A stretch of 64,000 nucleotides of DNA from Alphaproteobacteria bacterium (GTDB lineage Bacteria; Pseudomonadota; Alphaproteobacteria; UBA828): positions 128,001 to 192,000 of the forward strand of contig CBDCQT010000011.1 in NCBI GenBank assembly GCA_965220745.1. The letters run 5' to 3'. The position numbers were made by a program, and so were the translations under genes. Shown here piece after piece: positions 1-9,724 of this stretch. How positions within the stretch are numbered: the stretch's first letter is position 1; each line of letters starts with the position of its first letter. The notes beneath the pieces were generated by a model. That model saw only the letters and a program-made list of their open reading frames with translations. It was not told the DNA's origin and did no database searches.

Positions 1-1
1 C

Positions 2-400
2 TCGGGCGGTGAGAAACAGCGGGTGGCAATCGCGCGCACGATCCTCAAGAATCCCCGTATTCTGCTGTTCGACGAGGCCACCTCGGCGCTCGATTCGCAG
101 ACCGAGAAGGAGATTCAGGCGAGTCTGCGGGAGGTCAGCCGCGACCGCTCGACGCTCATGATCGCACACCGCCTTTCCACGGTCATCGACGCCGACCAGA
201 TCCTGGTGCTGGACGGCGGGCGCATCGTCGAGCGCGGACGCCACGCCGAGTTGCTGGTGCGGGACGGCCACTACGCCGAGATGTGGTGGCGCCAGCAGGA
301 GACCGCCGAGCTCAGGGAGGAGCTTGCGCAGCGGCTCGCCGACGAAGAAGGCCGCGCCGCGGAGACGACGGCCGTGCCCGACGAGGACCTGACGCCGTGA
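2..400 (+). CDS. ABC transporter ATP-binding/permease (Atm1/HlyB-like), C-terminal part; truncated at window start
   Basis: Frame from nt 2 reads [12 protein letters not shown] (signature), [12 protein letters not shown] (Walker B/D-loop), IAHRLST (H-loop). Confidence 0.85.
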   Translation, partial: SGGEKQRVAIARTILKNPRILLFDEATSALDSQTEKEIQASLREVSRDRSTLMIAHRLSTVIDADQILVLDGGRIVERGRHAELLVRDGHYAEMWWRQQETAELREELAQRLADEEGRAAETTAVPDEDLTP

Positions 401-1410
401 CCGCGCGCCCGCACGGCCCCGGCCAGGCGCCGCCAGTGGCGGACATCCTCGCCGGCGACCGGCGAGCGCTGGCGACAGCGATCACGCTCATCGAATCGAC
501 GCGGGAGGAGGATCGCGGGCCGGCCGAGGACCTGCTGCAGGTGTTGCTGCCGCACGCGGGCAAGGCCGTGCGGCTCGGCATCTCGGGCGCGCCTGGCGTC
601 GGCAAGTCGACCTTCATCGAGGCCTTCGGCACGCGCGCCATCGCGGCCGGCCGCAGGCTCGCGGTGCTCGCGATCGACCCTTCCAGCGAGCGCTCCGGCG
701 GCTCGATCCTGGGCGACAAGACGCGGATGCCGGAGCTCGCGCGGAGCGACCATAGCTTCATCCGTGCCTCGCCGGCGAGCGGCACCCTGGGCGGCGTCGC
801 CCGGCGCACGCGCGATGTCATGCTGGCCTGCGAGGCGGCAGGCTTCGACCTCGTGATGGTCGAGACCGTGGGCGTCGGCCAGTCCGAGGCCGCCGTCGCC
901 GACATGACGGACCTCACCATGCTGCTGGTGCAGCCGGGCGCCGGCGACGAGCTGCAGGGCATCAAGCGGGGCGTGATGGAGCGCGCGGATATCGTCGTCG
1001 TCACCAAGGCCGACGGTGCCCTCGAAGGGCCCGCCGCCCACGCCAAGGCGGACTTCGAGGCGGCGCTTATGCTCCACGCGGGCGGAGGGCCGTGGACGCC
1101 CCGCGTCATCGCCTGCTCGTCGGTCGAGGGTACGGGCCTCGACGAGATCGCCGACGCGGTCGAGCGGTATCGGGCAACCATGGTCGAGGACGGCGCACTG
1201 GAGGCCAAGCGGGCCGCTCAGGCCGCCGCGTGGCTCTGGCGCGAGGTCGAGGACTCCCTCGTTGCGGCGCTCCACGCCGACGAGCGGCTCGCGCCTGCGG
1301 TCGCGGTGCTGGAAGCCGAGGTGACGGCGCAGACGCTCACCCCTGGCGCCGCCGCCCGCCGCATCGTCCAGCGCCTCCTGAAGCGCGACGTGGATTCGGG
1401 CAGTCGCTAA
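397..1410 (+). CDS. meaB: methylmalonyl-CoA mutase-associated GTPase MeaB/ArgK
   Basis: [50 protein letters not shown]; GTG start overlaps upstream stop (GTGA). Confidence 0.93.
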   Translation: MTARPHGPGQAPPVADILAGDRRALATAITLIESTREEDRGPAEDLLQVLLPHAGKAVRLGISGAPGVGKSTFIEAFGTRAIAAGRRLAVLAIDPSSERSGGSILGDKTRMPELARSDHSFIRASPASGTLGGVARRTRDVMLACEAAGFDLVMVETVGVGQSEAAVADMTDLTMLLVQPGAGDELQGIKRGVMERADIVVVTKADGALEGPAAHAKADFEAALMLHAGGGPWTPRVIACSSVEGTGLDEIADAVERYRATMVEDGALEAKRAAQAAAWLWREVEDSLVAALHADERLAPAVAVLEAEVTAQTLTPGAAARRIVQRLLKRDVDSGSR

Positions 1411-1728
1411 CCCGGAATTTTTACCACGGTCACAGCCTGCGCCGCCCCGCCCTCAGCACCATGGTCCGGTGCGCAGGCACGGAAGCACGGTGCAAACTGC
1501 CCGCATGCCACGCGACACGGCCAGCCGAACATCGGTCGACCGACGGTTGACCACCGAGATCCCAACCCGGCCCGCTTGCCGATGCCGCGTCCCGACAGGA
1601 ACGCGATGGTGTTCGGAAAATCCCGGCTTGTCCCGCCTCAAAATTAATGTGCGATGTCTGTCCCAGTCCGTGCGCCGCAGGCTGGAGCGCGCTGCCCGCG
1701 CGGACCGTGACTCTAGCGGAAAAAGGCG

Positions 1729-1746
1729 GGCGAACACCTGTTCGCC
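1729..1746. promoter_or_regulatory. perfect palindrome GGCGAACA-CC-TGTTCGCC, candidate operator upstream of the thiolase operon
   Basis: 8-bp perfect inverted repeat 85 nt before the thiolase ATG, overlapping one copy of a 14-bp direct repeat (1673-1686, 1743-1756). Confidence 0.35.
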
Positions 1747-1830
1747 GCAGGCTGGATATTCGCCAGGGCAGGGACTATGTAGTGTGCTGCAGCGCAGCAT
1801 GCGCTTTCCGAAGCCGGGAGAACACTGAAC

Positions 1831-3018
1831 ATGATGGATGATCCGATCGTCATCGTCGGCATGGCGCGCACGCCCATGGGCGGGTTTCAGGGTGCATTGA
1901 AGGACGCGCGGGCGCCCGAATTGGGCTCTGCTGCGATCGAGGCCGCGCTGACACGCGCCGGCGTCGGCGCCGACGAGGTCGACGAAGTGATCATGGGAAA
2001 CATCCTCTCGGCCGGTCAGGGGCAGGCGCCGGCGCGCCAGGCCTCCATCGGTGCCGGCATCCCTGAGGCCGTCGGCTGCACCACCATCAACAAGATGTGC
2101 GGCTCCGGCATGAAGGCGACGATGTTCGCCCACGACCTGATCGCGGCGGGCTCCGGCGATATCGTCGTCGCCGGCGGCATGGAAAGCATGACCAACGCGC
2201 CCTACCTGCTGGACCGTGCGCGCGGCGGCTACCGCATGGGCCACGGCAAGGTGCAGGACCACATGTTCCTCGACGGGCTGGAGGATGCTTACGACAAGGG
2301 CAAGCTGATGGGCCATTTCGCCGAGGAGACGGCGCGCACCTATCAGTTCACCCGCGAGCAGCAGGACGAGTTCGCCATCACCTCGCTCACCCGCGCGAAG
2401 ACGGCGATCGAGGACGGCTCCTTCGACGGCGAGGTCACGCCGGTCACGGTCAAGCACCGCAAGGGCGAGACGGTGGTCGACCGGGACGAGCAGCCGCTCA
2501 CCGCCGACCTCGACAAGATCCCGACGCTGCGCCCCGCCTTCGCCAAGGACGGCTCGGTGACCGCGGCGAATTCCAGCTCGATCTCGGACGGCGGCGCGGC
2601 GCTGGTGCTCATGCGCCGCTCCGAGGCCGAGCGGCGCGGGCTCACGCCGGTCGCGGTCATCCACGGCCACGCGACGCACGCGCAGGCGCCCGCCTGGTTC
2701 ACCACCGCGCCGGGGCCGGCACTGCGCAAGCTGTTCGAGAAGGTGGGCTGGGACGCGGACGACGTGGACCTCTACGAGATCAACGAGGCCTTTGCGGTCG
2801 TCACCATGGCGGCGATGCGCGACCTCGACCTCGACCACGACAAGGTGAACGTGCACGGCGGGGCCTGCGCGCTCGGCCATCCGGTCGGCGCCTCCGGCGC
2901 GCGCATTGTCATCACCCTGCTGGCGGCGCTGGAGAAATACGGCCTCGACAAGGGGGCGGCGGCGCTCTGCATCGGCGGCGGGGAGGCCACGGCGCTGGCC
3001 GTCGAGCGGCTGCACTAG
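1831..3018 (+). CDS. acetyl-CoA C-acyltransferase (thiolase)
   Basis: [10 protein letters not shown] (catalytic Cys), [22 protein letters not shown]. Confidence 0.95.
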   Translation: MMDDPIVIVGMARTPMGGFQGALKDARAPELGSAAIEAALTRAGVGADEVDEVIMGNILSAGQGQAPARQASIGAGIPEAVGCTTINKMCGSGMKATMFAHDLIAAGSGDIVVAGGMESMTNAPYLLDRARGGYRMGHGKVQDHMFLDGLEDAYDKGKLMGHFAEETARTYQFTREQQDEFAITSLTRAKTAIEDGSFDGEVTPVTVKHRKGETVVDRDEQPLTADLDKIPTLRPAFAKDGSVTAANSSSISDGGAALVLMRRSEAERRGLTPVAVIHGHATHAQAPAWFTTAPGPALRKLFEKVGWDADDVDLYEINEAFAVVTMAAMRDLDLDHDKVNVHGGACALGHPVGASGARIVITLLAALEKYGLDKGAAALCIGGGEATALAVERLH

Positions 3019-3028
3019 AGCGCGGACG

Positions 3029-3628
3029 ATGGCAGGCGCGCGCGAGACCATACCGGCCCGGCGCGGCCGGGCCGTCAGGCTGGGTGCCGGCGAGCAACTT
3101 CGCCTGATCAACACCCACGGCACCCAGGTGGTGGACACCTGGGCCTTCAACGCCAACGACATGGCCGAGTGCATGTCGATGGAGCACTCCCGCGTCGCCA
3201 TTGGCGGCGTCTTCCCCAAGCCCGGCGATACCATGGTCACCAACAGGCGCCGGCCCATCCTCACGCTGGTGGAGGACACCTCGCCCGGCATCCACGACAC
3301 GCTGATCGCCGCCTGCGACCGCTGGCGCTACATGCTGCTGGGTGCGGGCGACGATCACGACAACTGCGAGGACAACCTCCACGCAGCGCTCGCGGCCCTG
3401 GGCCTCAAGGCGCCGAAGACACCGTCCCCCTGGAACATGTGGATGAACATTCCGGTGGGCGAGGGCGGCTCGGTCTCCTTCGAGCCGGGTATGGCAAGCC
3501 CCGGTGACTACGTGGTGCTGCGGGCGGAGATGGACCTCGTGCTCGCCTTCTCTTGCTGCCCGCAGGACATCCTCCCGATCAACGGCGTCGCGTGTAACCC
3601 GGTGGACGCCGCCTACGAGCGGCTCTGA
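3029..3628 (+). CDS. DUF1989 / urea carboxylase-associated family protein
   Basis: GTQVVDTWAFN, HDTLIAACD, HDNC, SCCPQD motifs; ATG 10 nt after thiolase stop. Confidence 0.8.
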   Translation: MAGARETIPARRGRAVRLGAGEQLRLINTHGTQVVDTWAFNANDMAECMSMEHSRVAIGGVFPKPGDTMVTNRRRPILTLVEDTSPGIHDTLIAACDRWRYMLLGAGDDHDNCEDNLHAALAALGLKAPKTPSPWNMWMNIPVGEGGSVSFEPGMASPGDYVVLRAEMDLVLAFSCCPQDILPINGVACNPVDAAYERL

Positions 3629-3639
3629 GGGCGAAGATC

Positions 3640-4791
3640 ATGGCAGCGAACGGCATCTTCCTCACCGACGAGCAGCGGATGGTCCGCGACATGGCGCGCG
3701 ACTTCGCTGCCAACGAGCTCGCCCCTCATGCCGGCCGCTGGGACCTGAACGGCGGCTACCCTGACGACATCCTGCCCAGGATGGGCCGGCTCGGGCTCAT
3801 GGGCATGCTGGTGCCGCCGGAATGGGACGGCGCCGGCGCGGACCACGTGGCCTACGCGCTCGCCATGGAAGAGATCGCCGCCGGCGATGTCGGCACCTCC
3901 ACGGCGATGAGCGTGAACAACTCGCTGGTCTGCGCGGGCATTCTCAAGGGCGGCTCCGAAGAGCAGAAGGAGCGCTTCCTGCGCCCGCTCGCGCGCGGCG
4001 ACATGCTCGGCTGCTTCTGCCTCACCGAGCCGCAGGCGGGCTCCGACGCGTCCAACCTGCGCACCCGCGCGGTGGCGGATGGCAACGGCTACCGGCTGAG
4101 CGGCACCAAGCAGTTCGTCTCCAGCGGCTCCAGGGCGGACCTCGCGATGGTCTTCGCCGTGACCGATCCCGACGCTGGCAAGAAGGGGATCAGCTGCTTC
4201 CTGGTGCCGACCGAGTCCGAGGGCTACACGGTCGCGAGCCACGAGACCAAGATGGGCCAGCGGGCCCACGACACCTGTCAGATCGTCTTCGAGGACGTGC
4301 GACTCACGCCGGACCTCATGCTGGGCGAGCCGGGGCAGGGCTATGCCATCGCGCTCGGCAATCTCGAAGGCGGCCGCATCGGCGTCGCGGCGCAGGCGAC
4401 CGGCGCCATGCGCGCGGCCTACGAGGCTGCGCTCGACTACGCCAGGGAGCGCACGAGCTTCGGCGAGCCGCTGATCGAGCATCAGGCGGTGGGCTTCCGC
4501 CTCGCCGACATGGCGACGGAGATCGAGGCGTCGCGGCTGCTCACGCTGCAGGCCGCGCGACTGCGCGATGCCGGCGAGCCCTGCCTCAAGGAAGCCTCCA
4601 TGGCCAAGCTCTTCGCTTCGGAGACCGCCGAGCGGGTCTGCTCCAAGGCGATCCAGACGCTGGGCGGCTACGGCTACCTGAGCGACTTCCCGGTGGAGCG
4701 CATCTATCGCGACCAGCGGGTCTGCACGATCTACGAGGGCACGAGCGACGTTCAGCGGCTGGTGATCAGCCGGGCGCTCGCGCGGGAGTAA
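3640..4791 (+). CDS. acyl-CoA dehydrogenase (short/branched-chain type)
   Basis: FCLTEPQAGSD, GGRIGVAAQ, QTLGGYGY, IYEGTSDVQR. Confidence 0.95.
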   Translation: MAANGIFLTDEQRMVRDMARDFAANELAPHAGRWDLNGGYPDDILPRMGRLGLMGMLVPPEWDGAGADHVAYALAMEEIAAGDVGTSTAMSVNNSLVCAGILKGGSEEQKERFLRPLARGDMLGCFCLTEPQAGSDASNLRTRAVADGNGYRLSGTKQFVSSGSRADLAMVFAVTDPDAGKKGISCFLVPTESEGYTVASHETKMGQRAHDTCQIVFEDVRLTPDLMLGEPGQGYAIALGNLEGGRIGVAAQATGAMRAAYEAALDYARERTSFGEPLIEHQAVGFRLADMATEIEASRLLTLQAARLRDAGEPCLKEASMAKLFASETAERVCSKAIQTLGGYGYLSDFPVERIYRDQRVCTIYEGTSDVQRLVISRALARE

Positions 4792-4795
4792 GGCG

Positions 4796-5398
4796 ATGAG
4801 CGACAGTCTCGACTTCTACTTCGATTTTTCGTCGCCTTACGGCTACCTCGCGTCCGAGCGGATCGACGGGATCGCGGCGAAGCACGGGCGCTCCGTCACC
4901 TGGCGGCCGATGCTGCTCGGTGCCGTCTTTCAGAAGATCGGCGGCAGCCCCCTGGTCAACCAGCCGATGAAGGGGCCGTACTCGCAGCACGACATGCTGC
5001 GCTCCGCACGCCTTCACGGCATTACCTTCAACGTCCCCGACAACTTCCCGGTCAACAGCATCGCGGCGTGTCGCGCCTACTACTGGCTGGCGGATGGCGA
5101 CGCCGCCGAGGCCCGCGACTTCGCCCAGGCGCTCTATCGCGGCTACTTCGTCGAGAACCGCGATCTGAGCCAACCGGAGACCGTGGTGGGGGCGGCGCAG
5201 ACGCTCGGCGTGGACGGCGATGCACTGGTCGCGGCGGTGCAGGATCAGGCGATCAAGGACCGCCTGCGCGCCGAGAACGATGCCGCGCTCGATCGCGGCG
5301 TCTTCGGCTCGCCCACCGTCTTCATCGGCGACGAGATGTTCTGGGGCCACGACCGGCTGGAGATGATCGACCGCTGGCTCGAGACCGGCGGCTGGTAG
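4796..5398 (+). CDS. 2-hydroxychromene-2-carboxylate isomerase / kappa-class GST (DsbA-like)
   Basis: DFYFDFSSPYGY, GVFGSPT, MFWGHDRL. Confidence 0.9.
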   Translation: MSDSLDFYFDFSSPYGYLASERIDGIAAKHGRSVTWRPMLLGAVFQKIGGSPLVNQPMKGPYSQHDMLRSARLHGITFNVPDNFPVNSIAACRAYYWLADGDAAEARDFAQALYRGYFVENRDLSQPETVVGAAQTLGVDGDALVAAVQDQAIKDRLRAENDAALDRGVFGSPTVFIGDEMFWGHDRLEMIDRWLETGGW

Positions 5399-5426
5399 CC
5401 GGCGAAGAGGAACGCCCGCGCCTGGA

Positions 5427-6209
5427 TCAGCTGCTCGCGTTAGCTCCCAGCTTCACCTCGTCGTCGTAGACCTCTTCGGGCAGCGGCAGGCCGTCGAGCT
5501 CGGTGTCGCCCAGGGGGCCGTCCGGCGCGATGCCGCGCTGCTCCAGCAAAGCCATCAATTGGCGGGCGTGCTGAGCCGCGTGCCACGCCGTCCGCTCCAG
5601 CACGCTCTCCGTTGGGTGGATGCCGTAGTAGGTGTCGAGGGTGCCGAGGCGCCCCGCGCCGGCCGTGCGCCACCAGGATGCGAGCGCGTCGCGCACGGTC
5701 TGCCCGTAAGCCGAGACCTGGGCCGCGCTCCGCATCTCGGGCCCGGGCGTGCGCTCGAAATAGTCGAACGTGAGCCGTACGCCCTGGGCCGCGTCGATGA
5801 ACGCCGCCGGGATCACGAAGATGTGGTAGCCGAGGTCGAGGATGCTGCGCTCGCGACCGGGCAGCCCTTCCTCCAGGTCGGCGGCCGGGAACTGGCCGAG
5901 ATAGCGCTGGGTCGCGGCGAGGATGAGGTCGATCCGTTGCACCAGCTCCGCCGGCGGCAGCGCGTGCTGGTCAAACTCGACGCCGATGAAGCGCGCGAGA
6001 TCGCCCAGGTCCTGAGCGAAGACGAAGCGGCTCCCCTGGACCACCACCGGCATCGACTGGGCGCCGAGGCTCGCGAGCTCCTCCATCGCCTCCGGCCTGG
6101 CGCGGACGTTGATCGATTCGTAGGGGATCCCTCGCGTCGCCAGGAATTCCTTGGCCCGGAGGCAGCTGGAGCACCCCGGCTGCCAGTACACTTTGAAGTC
6201 GTCTGCCAT
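5427..6209 (-). CDS. glutaredoxin-domain / DinB-like fusion protein
   Basis: Start re-set to ATG at 6209 behind GGAGAG; YWQPGCSSCLRAKEFL (Grx CxxC) followed by helical domain with YHIF...WHAAQH. Confidence 0.75.
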   Translation of the reverse strand: MADDFKVYWQPGCSSCLRAKEFLATRGIPYESINVRARPEAMEELASLGAQSMPVVVQGSRFVFAQDLGDLARFIGVEFDQHALPPAELVQRIDLILAATQRYLGQFPAADLEEGLPGRERSILDLGYHIFVIPAAFIDAAQGVRLTFDYFERTPGPEMRSAAQVSAYGQTVRDALASWWRTAGAGRLGTLDTYYGIHPTESVLERTAWHAAQHARQLMALLEQRGIAPDGPLGDTELDGLPLPEEVYDDEVKLGANASS

Positions 6210-6238
6210 GTCCGCTCTCCCCGGCGGGCGGCGCGCGC

Positions 6239-7012
6239 CTACTCCGCCGTGTAGCCGCCGTCGATCACCAGCTCGGTGCCGGTGACGAACTTGGATTCGT
6301 CCGAGGCCAGATAGACCACGCCGTTGGCGATGTCGTTGGGCTCGCCGACGTGGCCTATCGGGTGCAACTTGCCGAACTCCTCCGGTCCTGCCGCCGCGTC
6401 GCCGAACATGCGGGTCGCGGTCTCGTCCATCATCGGCGTGTGGATGAAGGCGGGGTGGATCGAGTTGACGCGGACGCCGCTGCCGTCGCGCGCGCATTCC
6501 AGCGCCACGCACTTGGTGAAGTAGCGCACCGCGCCCTTGGACGCGGTGTAGGCGGCGAGATTCGCCGTGCCCACAATGCCGAGCACCGACGACATGTTGA
6601 TGATGGAGCCGCCACCGGAATACCGCATCGCGGGGATCGCGCTCCGGGTGCCGAGAAAGACCCCGTCGGCGTTGACCGCCATGATTTGTCGCCAAGTCTC
6701 CAGCGAGACATCGGCGATGGGCTCGGCGCGGGTGATGCCTGCGTTGTTGAAGAGAATGTCGAGGCGGCCGTGCTCTGCCACCACGCTGTCCACGGTCGCC
6801 TGCCAGGCGGATTCGTCGGTCACGTCGAGGGGCTGAAACCGGGCCGTGCCGCCCGCTGCCGTAATGGAGGCGACCACCTCCGCGCCGCGGCCCTCGTCTC
6901 GCCCCGTCACCAGCACCGCGGCGCCTTCCTGGGCCATGCGCACGGCCGATGCGGCGCCGAGCCCGCTGGTCGCCCCGGTCACGATCGCCACCTTGCCCGC
7001 CAGTCTCGCCAT
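6239..7012 (-). CDS. short-chain dehydrogenase/reductase
   Basis: TGATSGLG, NNAG, YTASK, VNSIHP, TGTELVIDGG. Confidence 0.93.
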   Translation of the reverse strand: MARLAGKVAIVTGATSGLGAASAVRMAQEGAAVLVTGRDEGRGAEVVASITAAGGTARFQPLDVTDESAWQATVDSVVAEHGRLDILFNNAGITRAEPIADVSLETWRQIMAVNADGVFLGTRSAIPAMRYSGGGSIINMSSVLGIVGTANLAAYTASKGAVRYFTKCVALECARDGSGVRVNSIHPAFIHTPMMDETATRMFGDAAAGPEEFGKLHPIGHVGEPNDIANGVVYLASDESKFVTGTELVIDGGYTAE

Positions 7013-7040
7013 TACCCGCCTCATACCCCGCAAGGGCATT

Positions 7041-7075
7041 GCATATGCTGCGCCCCGCATATCGACGCATATCGA
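7041..7075. promoter_or_regulatory. candidate TF binding site in divergent promoter (GCATATGC plus tandem CGCATATCGA x2)
   Basis: Perfect 10-bp tandem repeat at 7056-7065/7066-7075 and a related palindrome at 7041-7048. Confidence 0.4.
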
Positions 7076-7141
7076 ATTGAGAGTAACATTGCAGACTATA
7101 CCCGCGCAGGCGCTGCCTGCGTTCCAAAAGGTCGCGCACCC

Positions 7142-8839
7142 ATGGCGGACGGGAACGGCGCTCTCGGCGACAACGTCTACCGGGCGGACCGGAATCTTCA
7201 GGCCCTCCTGCAGCGCAGCGCGCCCTGGCTCACCGACGACGACACCGAGCGGCTGAGCAGCTTCGGCGGCTGGGTCGCGACCGCCGTCGACGAACAGGCC
7301 GACTACACCAACCGCTTCGCGCCGCCGGTCCTCGAGACCCTGGATGAAGACGGCCTCCCCCGTTCCGTGGTCCGCCACAATCCGCTCTACGCCGCAGCGC
7401 ACCGCGAGGTTTATGAGCGAGGCATTGTCGGGCTCAACTACGGCGCGGCGCGGCGCCCCTACACGTTGACCTTCGCGATGGGCTATCTGCTCGCGCAGTC
7501 CGATATCTCAATTCACTGCCCGGTGACGCTCACCGGCGCCGTCGCCCACGTGCTCGACCGCTTCGCGCCGGAGGCAGTGCGCGACGCCTACTTGCCCCGG
7601 CTTGTGCGTACGGACGGCAAGGCTCTGACCGGCGGCACCTGGGTCACGGAGAAGCAGGGCGGTAGCGACGTCGGCGCTACCGAGACCACGGCACGGCGCA
7701 CCAACGACGGCATCCTGCTCAGTGGGCTCAAGTGGTTCGCCAGCAATGTCGACGGCGGGATCGCGCTCACCCTCGCCCGGCCCGAGGGCGCAGGGGGAAG
7801 TGGCACCAGGCTCGGCCTCTATCTGGTGCCGGCGCGATGCCCCGACGGCGCGCCCAATCGCTACCGGATCAGGCGGCTCAAGGACAAGCTCGGCACCCGC
7901 GGCCTCGCCACCGGGGAGATCGAGCTGGAGGACGCTCACGCGCTGGAGGTGGCGCCGCCGCCTAACGGGCTCAAGACCATGATGGCGGCGCTCGGCTACA
8001 GCCGTATCCACAACGCCATGGCCTCGGCCGGCATTCAGCGGCGCGCCTTCGCCGAGGCGCTCGCCCACGCCGAGGCCCGCGAAGCGTTCGGCCACCGCCT
8101 CACCGCCTACCCGATGGTGCAGGACCAGCTGGTCGAAATGCAGGTGCGTGTGGAGGCGAGCGTGGCGCTGGCCTTCGCCGCTGCGCGCGCGTTCGACGAA
8201 GCGCAGGGGACACCGGCCGAGCAGCCCTGGATGCGGCTCGTCACCGCGCTCGTCAAGTATCTCACGGCGGAATGGGCGATCACCGCGACCAACCGGGCGA
8301 TCGAGATCCTGGGCGGCAACGGTTACACCGAGGAGTATCCCACGGCCAGGCTCTACCGCGATGCCCAGGTGCTCACCGTGTGGGAGGGGCCGCCCAACAT
8401 TCAGGCGCTGGAGGTGCTGCGCCTTGCAGGCGCGGAATCGCCAGGGCTCGCCGCCTTTCACGCGCGCCTCGACGCCATCCTCAACATGCCCTTCGTCGCC
8501 AACCACTCGGCCTTCGTGCGGGCCCGCGCGCTGATCTTCCAGGCCCGGCGGGAGGTGGCTGCGCTGACGGCCTTGATCCGCGACGATGAGTCCGAAGGGC
8601 AGCGCCAGGCCCACAGGCTGATGGACCGCATGGCCAAGGGCTTAGCCGCGGCCCTATTGGTCGAGGAGGCAGCCGCCGATTGGGGTGCCGGCGATGCGCG
8701 CAAGGCAGTGGTCGCACGCCTCTTCGCCGCGCAGGAGCTGGCGGCGCCGGAACCGCCCAAGCCGGGCGAGAGCGAAGGCCAGCGATTCTTCGAGCCGCTC
8801 GCCCAATACCAGAAGATCGAGACGCCGCACCCGGATTGA
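7142..8839 (+). CDS. AidB-like acyl-CoA dehydrogenase
   Basis: CPVTLT, TEKQGGSDV, GLKWFAS, RLKDKLG, EILGGNGY, VWEGPPNIQAL. Confidence 0.88.
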   Translation: MADGNGALGDNVYRADRNLQALLQRSAPWLTDDDTERLSSFGGWVATAVDEQADYTNRFAPPVLETLDEDGLPRSVVRHNPLYAAAHREVYERGIVGLNYGAARRPYTLTFAMGYLLAQSDISIHCPVTLTGAVAHVLDRFAPEAVRDAYLPRLVRTDGKALTGGTWVTEKQGGSDVGATETTARRTNDGILLSGLKWFASNVDGGIALTLARPEGAGGSGTRLGLYLVPARCPDGAPNRYRIRRLKDKLGTRGLATGEIELEDAHALEVAPPPNGLKTMMAALGYSRIHNAMASAGIQRRAFAEALAHAEAREAFGHRLTAYPMVQDQLVEMQVRVEASVALAFAAARAFDEAQGTPAEQPWMRLVTALVKYLTAEWAITATNRAIEILGGNGYTEEYPTARLYRDAQVLTVWEGPPNIQALEVLRLAGAESPGLAAFHARLDAILNMPFVANHSAFVRARALIFQARREVAALTALIRDDESEGQRQAHRLMDRMAKGLAAALLVEEAAADWGAGDARKAVVARLFAAQELAAPEPPKPGESEGQRFFEPLAQYQKIETPHPD

Positions 8840-8942
8840 CCGTGTCGCAGGGCCGGCGGTGGAAAACGCCTATCCGGCCGCCGCCGTCGCGTGCTATGTG
8901 CTGGGCTCGCTAACGGAGCGGGCGCGTTTTCGGAGCGAAGGG

Positions 8943-9716
8943 ATGGAGATCAACGGCAAGAACATCGCGGTCGAGCAGCATGGCGACGGCGACGCGGTGG
9001 TCATGGTCCACGGCCTCGGCGGCACCAGCAACACCTGGTATCCGCAGGTGGGACCGCTCGCCCGGTTTTTCCGCGTGGTTCGGCCTGACCTCGAGGGCTC
9101 CGGCCGCTCGCCCGCCACGGGTGCCCTCTCCATCGCCTCCTTCGCCGCCGATGTGGTCGCGGTGATGGATGAGCTGGACATTTCGACCGCGCATCTCTGC
9201 GGCCACTCCATGGGCACGATCGTCTGCCAGCACATCGCCGCCGAGCACGCGGAACGGGTGAAGAGCCTCGCCCTCCTCGGTCCGCTGGCAGAACCGCCCG
9301 AGCCTGCCCGACAGGCGATCCGCGACCGCGCAGCTGTCGCACGCGAGAAGGGCATGACGCCGATTGCGGACACCCTGGTGGAAGTCGCAATCTCGGCCGA
9401 TACCAGAGCGCACTATCCGGCGTCGGCCGCCTTCGTCCGCGAGATTCTCATGGGCCAGGATGCGGAGGGCTACGCGCGCACCTGCGAGGCGCTTGCCGCG
9501 GCCACGAGCGCAGACCTCGCCAGCATCCGCTGCCCCACGCTGCTGATCACCGGCGACGAGGACGGCGTCTCGCCGCCGCCGGCGGTGAAGGCCCTGAGCA
9601 GCAAGATCAAGGGTTCCCGCGTTGCCGTGCTGCCCGGCTGCGGTCACTGGACCCCGATCGAGAAGCCGGCTCAAGTCAATGGATTGATTCTAAACCTCTA
9701 TTACAGCTTCAGTTAG
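8943..9716 (+). CDS. alpha/beta hydrolase (PcaD-like enol-lactonase family)
   Basis: HGLGG oxyanion motif, GHSMG nucleophile elbow, GDED, CGHW. Confidence 0.85.
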   Translation: MEINGKNIAVEQHGDGDAVVMVHGLGGTSNTWYPQVGPLARFFRVVRPDLEGSGRSPATGALSIASFAADVVAVMDELDISTAHLCGHSMGTIVCQHIAAEHAERVKSLALLGPLAEPPEPARQAIRDRAAVAREKGMTPIADTLVEVAISADTRAHYPASAAFVREILMGQDAEGYARTCEALAAATSADLASIRCPTLLITGDEDGVSPPPAVKALSSKIKGSRVAVLPGCGHWTPIEKPAQVNGLILNLYYSFS

Positions 9717-9724
9717 GTAGGGCC

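Noticed and set aside
1475-1520. Cobalamin-riboswitch-like string GGAAGCACGGTGCAAACTGCCCGCA downstream of meaB
   Set aside because: Only superficial resemblance to the T-loop region; no CCCGCAACTGT or B12-box core recognised, and the downstream gene is a thiolase
1731-1744. CGAAC-N4-GTTCG matches the Gram-positive LexA box
   Set aside because: Alphaproteobacterial LexA uses GTTC-N7-GTTC and the downstream genes are not SOS genes; kept only as a generic palindrome
6160-6185. Possible selenocysteine in the glutaredoxin CxxC, or readthrough of the msrA TGA
   Set aside because: The Cys codons are TGC; the msrA readthrough sequence shows no Msr-like tail and no recognisable SECIS
6210-7139. Apparent 570-aa ORF extending the glutaredoxin gene
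   Set aside because: The upstream part overlaps the real SDR in another frame and is Arg/Gly/Pro-rich nonsense; the real start has its own SD at 6209
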